In this document: piece after piece, positions 25,740 through 36,800 of the stretch
How the letters are laid out: each line of letters begins with the position of its first letter
How positions within the stretch are numbered: the stretch's first letter is position 1
NCBI GenBank assembly: GCA_002269645.1
Contig: NIVC01000420.1
Location: forward strand, 372,001-436,000
Length of the DNA stretch: 64,000 bases
Direction of reading: 5' to 3'
From: Macrostomum lignano
Taxonomy: Eukaryota
Notes under the pieces: generated by a model
What the model was told of the DNA's origin: nothing
Seen by the model: the letters and a program-made list of their open reading frames with translations, nothing else
Databases searched by the model: none
Made by a program: the position numbers and the translations under genes

Positions 25740-27111
25740 AAATGTTAGCACAAGTCGTGTAAGTGGCAAGGGGGCGTGCACTGGAGTGTTTCGCCTTGTT
25801 AACACACGTTTTTTCGTATCATCTCTCCCTTCGCTCACTTCATCCTTTTCCTTTCCATAACCGTCTCTTTCAGCTTACTTTGGCTTAGGGTGCTGGCAGA
25901 ATCAGGAAAAACTTTCACCGCGCATTCTATAGGCTATAGTTTTCTCTTCTGTCCAGCACAAAGGAAATGACCGGAGCCCTTGTTGATTGCAGGCGGGAGA
26001 GCCCGCGGCGGACCGTGACTGGAATCGGGGGCCGTTTTTCTTCCCAACTGCCCCCCTCTCCTCCTCCTCGCGGCATTTCTTGGGGCAACCCGCCAGACAG
26101 ACTGACGGCAGGTTTGCGCAGCGCGGGCGAACCGGAGAAGGGAAACGCAGCAGAGAGGCTAAGATGAGAGAAAATTCGAGACTTGTTCGGGGCACGGGAC
26201 TGGCCTGATGCGTGCGGCCCAGATGCAACCGGCCAGCATGATCCGAGGGACTGATAACGGAGCCAATTATTTTTTCTGGGCACAACATTGAAGCAGGCGC
26301 CTGCAGTAAAAGGCAAACAGTTTGCTTTGCAGTTTACGTCAGCTAATTTTTCACTTATTGGCATAAATCACAGAGTGCTAGTCGAGAGCAGCTCTGTTCG
26401 TACAAGCTGTAGGCTTGTTAAAATTTGCACGTCCAAAATTTCTACATTCCAAAACAGTCTTTTCAGTCTCAACAAAGTCAAATTTGAAGGATAAACTGGC
26501 CGGTACTTTTTGACTGCAAACTTTGATCAACTTTGGTTGGATTTTTGTCGTAAAGTTCGACACCAGCAGAGCATTGTAAAACACGGGCAGACAGAAAATT
26601 AAACCTAACACATCTTTCCAGGAGAGTGTAGGAAGCGACGGGTAGCCGCGCAGAATGTCGGGCAAAGAACTGCCGACAAGTTTTTCCCTGATTTCTTCTT
26701 GCATTTTAATTTAGAACACGAGCTATCATATTGTTATGGTCGCACAACCGGTTCAAGTCTGCAAGACCCTTACTTGGCCTTCACTTTCCGCCCGCTGGGG
26801 GTGCAACACCTTTATTAAAAATGGTTTCCTCTCATTTTCCTAGTCGAGAACATCCAACTAATGAAACAATCGAGGCAAATACAGACACTTTGCTGCTCTA
26901 TGAAACTGCGGTAACTTTAGCCTAATGGTGATCAGTGATAATCTATGAATAAAGTCACTGATCTATTCTACCAAAGTACGCCCTTTTGCTGCGGCTGCTA
27001 GATGCCACTCATGCCAAGAAACAAAACAGAAGCTCGACGAATGATAGGGGCTCCACTTCAGCCACCTCTTGGCATCTACACATGCACATACAAACCAACC
27101 AAGAGGGGCGT

Positions 27112-27935
27112 CCACCGAGAGACAGTGGCATCCACAAAGAGACAGTGGTGTCCACAAAGAGACAGTGGCGTCAACCAAGAGACAGTGACGTCAACCAAGA
27201 GACAGTGGCGTCCACAGAGATAGTGGCGTCCACCAAGAAACAGTGGTGTCCACGAAGAGACAGTGGCGTCCACGAAGAGACAGTGACGTCAACCAAGAGA
27301 CAGTGGCGTCCACAGAGATAGTGGCGTCCACCAAGAAACAGTGGTGTCCACGAAGAGACAGTGGCGTCAACGAAGAGACAGTGTGACGTCAACCAAGAGA
27401 CAGTGGCGTCCACAGAGATAGTGGCGTCAACCAAGAGACAGTGGCGTCCACAGAGATAGTGGCGTCCACTAAGAAACAGTGGCGTCCACGAAGAGACGGT
27501 GGCGTCAACCAAGAGACAGTGGCGTCCACAGAGATAGTGGCGTCCACCAAGAAACAGTGGTGTCCACGAAGAGACAGTGGCGTCCACGAAGAGACAGTGG
27601 CGTCCACGAAGAGACAGTGACGTCAACCAAGAGACAGTGGCGTCCACAGAGATAGTGGCGTCCACTAAGAAACAGTGGTGTCCACGAAGAGACAGTGGCG
27701 TCCACGAAGAGACAGTGACGTCAACCAAGAGACAGCTGCGTCCACAAAGAGACAGGTGCGTCAACCAACTGACATTTGCGTCTACCAAGAGATGGGTAAC
27801 GTCCACCAAGAGATAGTGGCCTCAACCATGAGACAGTAGCGTCCACAAAGAGACAGTGGCGTTCACCAAAAGACCACTGGGGTTCACCAAGAGACGGTGA
27901 CGTCAACCAAGAGACAGTGACGTCAACCGAGACAG
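27112..27935. repeat. Compound 17-20-bp minisatellite (GAGACAGTGGCGTCCAC../GACGTCAACCAA) with higher-order order of variants
   Basis: Tandem variant units are visible with no unique spacers. Confidence 0.92.
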
Positions 27936-28709
27936 TTAATTGGTGCCCACCAAGACATCAAGGCGCTTTTAAGGAATGCGTCTCCTAAATAAAAAATTCT
28001 ATCGTACAACACTGGTGCCAATAAAAGTACACGCATCTTTTTCCCTTAAATTGGTATTCAAGCAAGCAGATCTAAATGTTAGTAGTTGATATGAACTAGT
28101 ACATGTAGTTAGTATTTCTAGCATAAAAACGTACATTTGTACATGATGCTGCACAAAAGTCTGCATATTTTAATGTTTATATTGCTCACAATATCGACTT
28201 TGACATGTATGTACATGCTATAAAAATGTATGCATGTGATAGCTTGTTTAGTTATAAAAAGTAAATGATTCCTATTCCATGCATTCTTATTTAAATGGAT
28301 TAGGTGTTGTCTTTTGTTCTGAATGCGACAGAAACTAACATTCATGAATGGGAAATTCCACATATTGCCCATCATGCATTATAATTCAGTTTTTCTACTG
28401 GTAGTAGCGAGAGAAGCGTATTGCGGAATGGAAAAATACATGTATACATGACGTATATTCATGAAACACGTAATTTAGTAGTAAGGATCATGTGTCGAAT
28501 GTTGCTCTTTGAATCTGCAATTACGCAGCTTTACAATAGAAATGCGCAAACATGCATAAAAAATAAAAGCATTGCAACCGGGAATCTAGACGTGATCCTA
28601 TTTCGTTTACTTCATGCTTAGACAGTGGGGCACAACTCTTGGTGGTAAGTTTGGAAAGACTCGACATTTTCATATATTTTAGAAAAAATCAAACGGTCGA
28701 ATTTCTAGT

Positions 28710-29421
28710 TCTAGACCAAGGACGACTTAAGTAGAAGGACGGGAAACCTCGTTTCTTAGAAAATTTTTGAAGGCACTTTTTCCCGAAAAAATACACTACG
28801 GAGATAGGAAATTTTCATTTTTTCAGCACAAAAATTGCTATTACTTTTGATAGGAGGCAGATCCAGTGCTCATCTTTTGATATGTTTTGCCTTTTTTATT
28901 GCTCTATCGATATTTATAAAGCTTTTCGTTCAGAAAATTAGGATTCTATGTAAATTTTTTATTCTCCGTATATTTTCACGTGTCTTGTGATTGAAATACA
29001 TTAGAATGCCACGGCTCGGCTCTTTGGTTTTATAAGTCTATTTTATCCTTCTTAACTGACTGTTTAGCAAATATTCGTAACAGAGATGATAAAATAGATT
29101 CACAAAAGCAAATATTGGAGCTGTGTCATGCATTTTTGTGATTTTCAGATACAGGAAATGTACGTAGAATAAAAAATTGACATATAATCCTAATTTTCTG
29201 AACGAAAAGCTTTATAAATATCGATAGAACAATAAAAAAGGCAAAACATATCAAAAGATGAGCACTGGATCTGCCTCCTATCAAAAGTAATAGCAATTTT
29301 TGTGCTGAAAAAATGAAAATTTCCTATCTCCGTAGTGTATTTTTTCGGGAAAAAGTGCCTTCAAAAATTTTCTAAGAAACGAGGTTTCCCGTCCTTCTAC
29401 TTAAGTCGTCCTTGTTCTAGA
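28710..29421. mobile_element. MITE-like non-autonomous DNA element with 236-bp near-perfect terminal inverted repeats
   Basis: 28710-28945 is the reverse complement of 29186-29421, with very few mismatches. The termini are TCTA|GACCAAGG...CCTTGTTC|TAGA (possible TA target), around an AT-rich non-coding spacer of about 240 bp. Confidence 0.88.
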
Positions 29422-29815
29422 CATGTGAAATTCGAAGAGTAAAAAAAAACAAAAAGTTGTAGAATTTTTTAATGAAAAGATTTTATATTTGAATATTTTT
29501 CCAAATAAAACTAAGCGAAAATTATTGTTCTGATCAGAAAATTACTTACAAAGTATGGTTGTACTCAAATGTAGCGTGTTTTTAAAAAGCCTTAGCTAGA
29601 GTTAAATGCAGTGCGTGTCGTGTTTTTTACATTTTCCATGACAAATATTGTATTTTTTACGAGACTGACGCTACTTACTGTTGTCCTATCTCCTGACGCA
29701 GACAGTGGCGATTAAGTGATAACTTTATCAATCGGTACACACTACTTGACTTCAGTTTTTGTGAATTTTTTTACATCAGAGAAACTCAATTTATATTTTG
29801 TGAGGATAAAGCACA

Positions 29816-30857
29816 ATGCCAGCAAGTAATTATCCTAAGCGCATCTGGGACGCAAAAACTCGCGCTAGACCAGGTGGGCTGAATAATAAAGACTACTAAA
29901 ATGTATATTGATACATCACTATATTGATATATATATCCTTTGACCATTAATATCCTTTTAGTAGACCACAAAAATTATTTTATAACTTTCAAAGTTTTCA
30001 TTTTGATAATAATATTGATAGATAATAACTTTGTACAAAATACATTCAATTTTGCAATTCTATTAGTATCAGGTCCATTTTTTTAAATTTGGAGTAAATT
30101 TTTATCTTGTTTGAAATCTTATTTTTAAATGCCTTACTAGAGTCTGTATTCTTATTTAGTAAGTCTTGAGTAGACTTTTTTGCTTTCTTAGATTTAGAGT
30201 TATGGTTAATGCTTATGGCTTATGATACATATATTGATATATAGGCCTATGGCATGTCTAGCCATTAGCATAGGCCCTAGGATTAGAAAAGAAATTAGTT
30301 TTATTATAACAAATGCAATAGGCCTATGCAATAATTTTAAATAAAAATCATGCAAGTTTTTTAGCAAATAAAAGCTACACATGTAAACCCTTTAGAGTTG
30401 CACAAGTTTGCCAAAAATGTGTGAATATATGTGGAAGTCACATATACATACATGCGTAACCCCTTGATTTACACTGGCCATGCAACTTACTTTTTGACCA
30501 AAAATGCGCCTTACCTGTGACAAAAACCCTAAAGCAAAATTAATGCAGGAATGGCAAGTAAATGGCAAGAGTAACTATGACTATCTTATCAGGTCTAAAT
30601 GCCTTAGCATCTAATTATTACTACATCTATATCTTTGGGGTGGTATTTTTGCAACTTACCCCTGGTTTACTACAATTTACAGTGGCCAGATTGGCCAGGT
30701 TGGCCAGCAGTTGCACATGTATGCACATATATTATGATTTGCAGATATATACTTATACATACTTGCATATATAAGTCCATATGCAAGTACCCAAAGAATG
30801 TATCTAGGATTTTACAAAAAAATTAATATTACTAATTTTATTATTATTAAAATTAAA

Positions 30858-30888
<31 letters not shown>

Positions 30889-33800
30889 TAACATTTTTAC
30901 ATAAATACAAAAAATCTATCCTGGCTTAATACTAAAGCCATAGTATAATATTATAAGGGTTTAGAATATTTTGGATAAAATTTTGTTTTTTTATAAATTT
31001 CACATTATTTTTATTCTATTCTGAAGGCGAGATTCAGGTAAACGGCAGGAGTAACTATGACTTTCAGTGCAAATGCAATTGCATCGTCACCTTATTAGTA
31101 GGAAAAATGAACATTTTTAAACTGTATTTTGTAAGTTAATTGCACTATGAAGTCAATACACACTGTCTTGAAATTCATTTCCATGATAACCATTACAACT
31201 GCTGTCTTCAAGATGTGTACTCTTCTATTCTATGTACACATTGTACATGGGGGTCATATGAGAGGCTTCCGTTGGAAAGCTGCTGGATATCAGACCCCAG
31301 CATAGTGATCCCAACAAGCGACCCCTGGCATTCGTCTGGTCAACGATGCAAACTCTCAAAAATGTATGGTATGTATGGTACAGAGTACCGTGGAACTGTT
31401 GCAATAGGTTTATGCCTGTGCAATAAAAGCAGGTAGGTGATTTTTTATATGGCATTGAAAAGCAGCCATTTTGTTTGAATGTCTTCTGACTTATGCAGCT
31501 ACTGAGTTAGCTAGATTCTTCATTGTAATAATGAGTGATTATTTTGGGTGCAAACTCTGAAGACTTAACATGCAAATACTAGCCTAGGTGCTAATCTGTG
31601 TGGGAGATAGTACATAATATGAATCTCAGGCAACTACGTTTTGTGAACAGACCAAGCTGTGCTTGAAAAACTTTGTTAAACAATGAATACACTTAGTCAT
31701 CATCATCATCATAATCGTCATCGTCATCAGAGAGAACATTCAATTCGCCAGCCAGGTAGTCCTTGTTGAGGTCATAGGTGTACTCCCCTTCAAAATCATC
31801 GAACACAACCTTGAACTCCTGGCTGAGAATGTCCCTGCTCTGGCAGGTTGATGGCAGTCGCTGGAGGACGTGGCCTGGTATCCAGTCCTCCCCATCTGTG
31901 AAGCAGAACTTCATCTCGATTCTTCTGCTCACCAGATCGGGGAGGTTGGCCAGCGTCCGCTGATTGGTGGTCTCGTCAATGGCGTCGCCCTCATCCTCGT
32001 GTCTTCTTCCTCGTCCTCGTCCTCGTCCTCCTCCTTGACCTCGTCCTCCTCCTTGACCTCGACCTCGTCCTTGACCTCGACCTCGTCCTTGACCTCGACC
32101 TCGTCCGCGTCCGCGACCGCCGCCTCGTCCACCAAGGCCAGGCCCAGCTTGAGCAGCCACAGCTCCTGCATCTTGAATCCGTTGACGACGCTGCAGCCTG
32201 TCAGCAATGGCAGTGCGGACTCGCTCCTTGCGCTCGCGAGCATCCAGGAGGCCGGACGGAGGCACGGTGGGCGCATCGGCACCCTTTTGCTGGTCCTGTA
32301 GTTCCACTATCTGCAGAACTTCACGCAGTTGGCTTCGCAGTTGAGGCACACTGCGCTTGACACCAGCCGCGGAGAAGTTGAGCAGGCTGGCCTTGTCCTT
32401 GGGCAGGTGGATCTCTACAAAATATTACATGAAACATAATTTTCATGCTAAGCAGTGAGCAAACAGACACATTTTTCTGCCCACACGTACTGGTCGCTTT
32501 GTGCAGTTGCAGCTGTGCTTTGATGGCCTTCTCGTGCTGGTCAGGGGCTAGTTGGTGCAGCACAGCGTCCATCCTGGAGATGGTTGGCCAGAGTCCGCCG
32601 TAGGCCTCGATGACACGGAGAATGGATCGGATGCTCTCGGCGTTCGAGTCCTTCTTGCGCTGCTTTTCAGCTAGCTTGGCGCGGAGAATCTCCTGGCGGC
32701 AGCTGCGCAAGGCGTCGGCGCTCTCCTTCCCTCGCTTTTCGAGCTGAGGGACCAGCTTCCGTGCCCTGGTAAGAAGGAGGTCCTTCTCGCGCTCCGTCTT
32801 GTCGGCCAGCCACTCGGACGTGCAGTTATAGCCGAAGAGCACAAGCGACTCGCGCGCAAGAGGGCGCATGTTGGGCCTGTCTGCGACGCACTTATCCAGC
32901 ATCCCGAAGCCTCGCTCGACTGCTACGTTGTCCTTAGGCGCAGATGAGACAAGCTGGGCAACTTCTGGCGTGAGCTGCCGCAGAGTGCCCCCAGGCAGGT
33001 GGTCACGCACCTCTCTCTCTAGCAACACAAGCATGTGTGTCGCCATGATCTGAAGTGGTGTTTTAAAGTATAAAAGCTACAATCTATACATTCGTTAATG
33101 TTCATTGATACTGTACTGTACTTTGTGACTAATCAGCGCATTCATAATTCAAAACCCATATTTACCTGCAGAGCCTGGCCGACAATCTCGTTCTCCAAGG
33201 CTGTCAGCTCAGACGTCAGCGCCGCCCAGATGTCCTGCAGCTGGATGTCCCGGAGAACCGTCTGGGCCAGTTCGGGAAATGGGCCAATCATGCTGCTGGC
33301 CACAGTAACGCCCTCGGACGATGACAGCTGGCGCAGCCAATTGCAAGCGCGCTCATAGCGTTCGTTCATGTCCGTGAGGGTCACGTCTCGGCAGCGCAGG
33401 AGCACCCACAGTGGCCGGATTAGCAGAACGTCAGCAATTCCGAGTGCACGGCAGCCACTCAGCAGCAAATCAGATGCCAAGTCAGCCTGCACTGCGATCA
33501 GCAGGCGGTTGCTGCAGGTGTACTCAGCCAGGAACTCGGACAGGCGGTCTCGCTGCCAGAAAATGTTTCCCCCGTTGGGAAATGTGATGTAGGCGCGGTT
33601 GCCACGGAAGTCGTCCAAACGAAGGGACGGTGCGCCCTTCGACTCCAGATACGTTTGAAGCGGAATCGCAACGCCACACTGTTCACTGCCCAGGGCATGG
33701 AACGCCTTGCAGACGGTGCGGATTAGACGCTGCGTGCCAGATTCAGCTTGGGACGGGCGGAAGCCAGGGAGGGCAGCAGATCCGACGGCCTCTGCAGCCA

Positions 33801-36800
33801 TGCAAGTCTCCCACTCGCGCAGCGCAGCTTCTGCGGCAGCAGCAAGATTTACAATCACATGCATGCCGCAGAACAGTGCAGTCACAGGTGGAGGTGGGTT
33901 CACGCCTTGCTGGGTTGCCAGCTCCTGCCGCATCTCGTTGAGCAGTACGTTGAGGCACTTGTTGACCACGTGTCGGTCAGTCATTAGGAAGTTGACGCGT
34001 GCCAGTAGATTACACTTCAGGCGGCGTCTCTCTTCGTCGCTCGAGTGGGCAAGAACTACCGAGCAAAACAGATCGACCAGCTCTTCCACCGAGTAGTCCA
34101 GTTCGCGGGCGTAGATGTTCGCGGTGCCACCCTCGACCTCGCGAAGAGAAACAGCCATCGGGCGGCTGTCCCCAGTGTCAACCTATGAATGGTGCATATG
34201 TAATACAAAGCATATTGTGAATATAAAAGTTCATTCTTATTAACTAAAAGTTCTCTTTTTGTGAATATTAATAATAATAATTAATTATTAAATTCATTTC
34301 CTTCCTTTAAGTCCAATTATTTGTCAATATGCACGAAAATGCATTACTCAAGTTTACCTGGTAGGCGGCATAGTGTCGGCCCTTCTTGCTGGTAGCATCA
34401 TGCAAGATCGTTATTGGTCGGTCCTCCTTTGCCCCCTGATGCAGCAGCTTCTCCATCGCGCTCGCCTTAGCTAGGCAGCTGCCAAGGCTGTAGCTCAAAG
34501 CACTGACCTGCGAACGCGACGGAAGCGCCAAGTTGCCGGCGTCGATGCCAACGAGGTCCGTGAGGACGCGTCGAATCGCTGGCTTGACGTGCTGCACAGG
34601 GACGTGGCAGTCCAGCACCAAGTGCATACAGGTGCTGATGACCTGGTTCGTGTACTGCTGTCCTCCACTCGGACGTGATGTCTTGGTGATGATGGAGCCC
34701 ACACTCTGCTGTTGAAGCTTCTCGTTTGCTTCACAGATGAGGCCGTGCAAACTGCGGGTATCGGCTCTGAGCTCCTTCACTCTCTCAGTGGCGAGCTGAC
34801 TTGACTTGCTACGGCTGTTGGCACGCCTCAAGCGCAGGTCACGCCTACGGCTGGCAGATGATGCAAAGGCCTGCCGCTTGGCATGCTCAGCACGCAGCTT
34901 GTCGTATCTGCCTTGTAGCCGTCTGAGACGCTGATTCCAGACGCGAATTTCAGGCCGCTTGGCTAGCTTAGCCCTCAGTCGCCGGACTTCAGCTTTCTGC
35001 TCGGCCAGGGCGGCCTTCAGCTGCGCAACTTTGGCTTTGGCCTTGTGAACTCGCAGATCAACAATGGCTGCCTCGATGCCGATCTTCTCTTCGACAGAGA
35101 CACTCATGCCAGACTGCTTCGATTGGTCAAGCCTTGCTGGAGTCGGTGAGTTCGAGGCCATTGGCATTGGTGATGTTGACAAAGGCACAATCGGCATTGC
35201 CATTGGGTTCAACAGCTGTTGCAATGCCGCTGGAGGTTCGAATTCTCGTGCCAAATGGGCCTCATATGTCGAGATGCCATCACCAGACGCAGCCTCACGA
35301 GTGTGACTCTTCAGCAGAATTTGGGCTTCTCTCTCTAAATCCTTAATCCTTTTCAGGAGTGCCTTCTTCAGATTGTCAGAGACAAACTCCATCAAGTGAG
35401 AAGGTAGCCCAACCAGTTTCAGAATCGGCTGGGCCTTGTCAAGTCCTGTATGGGCCTGGCTGCTGGACTTGAGATGAGTAATCACCTGGCCATTGGTGAC
35501 TGGGCGAATGGATGATCTGGACCTGCCACGAAGCCGAAGGTTGGGCTTGGTCTTGGGTGTGGAGGATGTGGCCATAGATAGTATTGTTTAGTCAGTCAGT
35601 ACTCCAGTAGTCTACTCCAGTGGCAGCTGGAATGGTAACATATTGATTGACTTACTGAGTTACTCAGGTGATTCAGTGCCAAATAAGTATGAATATGTCT
35701 CATTATCAATAATGAGACATATAATTTATGTCTCAGTTATCAATAGTTTATAATATATTTGTAATATTTATAATAATATAAATAAACTTATAATATATTA
35801 TTTATTATGATACATTTAATTTTAATTTATAATAATATAATAAATATAATTTATTATGTTTTTTAAATTTAGTATAATAAATTTATAATAATTTATCAAT
35901 AAAATCAAATTGTAGCTTTAAAAAGCATATGTATTGCCCCCGTGACCACACACAGTTATCATTTTTCCTATACTTAGTGCAAAATAACTTAAGAAGAAAG
36001 GACACCACTGACTTGCCTTGTACATAGCAAGCAAGGCAAGAAAAAAAGCAAAAAAATGACACCAAGAACAGCAAAATTGGTAATACAAAACGAAAGTTCT
36101 TGCTGGTCAACCACGAAAAAAACAAATATTTTGGAAAAAATGATCACAGCCCATAATGCAAATATCCCATAAGAGAATCCGCAAAAAATGGTCACTAAAA
36201 TGGCCACAACTTTCTTATTCCTTTACCAAATCTAATAATATAATACTTTTTGCAAACAAGAAAGTAAGATCTATCAGATAAGCATAAAAAATCTGTCAGA
36301 CTTTTAACTTTCAAAATCTCACTGGAGTCCCTAATATAAAAAATTATTCTATAAATATTCTATATTCTATATATTCTATATTCTATATTCTATTCTATTT
36401 ATATTCTATAAATTATATATTATATATATTGTCAATTATTGTCTACTAGGCAAACTTACAAGGGATAAATAATATTGATAGCAAAATATCCTTATTATAA
36501 TGATTATTTATATAAATGATAGCTAGACAATACATAGTACCCTTATAAAAAAAGAAATTCATACCAGTAGATGCTAATACACTTTTTCATTTGTCAAATA
36601 GTTTTAAAATTCTAATAAGTAATTTTAAAAAAAGAATCTAGATTGATAAACTATATATTTAACAATGACCAATATCTATTCAGTGTATAAATATATAAAA
36701 AATTTAATAGTCTTTTTGGTATATAATTTTCTTTATGTTGGTTGCTTTTTTATTAGATTATTAGTCCTAAAGTTCTGGACTAAAATTTTGTACTATTGTC

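Noticed and set aside
22448-26704. Multiple 60-145-aa ORFs in the GC/GA-rich region upstream of the BMP gene
   Set aside because: They overlap in several frames, show no domain or consistent splice structure, and more likely reflect regulatory/UTR DNA.
27112-27935. Repeat array with alternating variants that superficially resembles a CRISPR array
   Set aside because: There are no unique spacers, the units are all variants of one motif, no cas genes are present and the context is eukaryotic.
30557-31111. Calling the 28S-like segments rRNA genes
   Set aside because: They are only about 60-75 nt long, the helix-69 pairing is broken without compensation, and no flanking rRNA sequence exists. 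They are reported as fragments instead.
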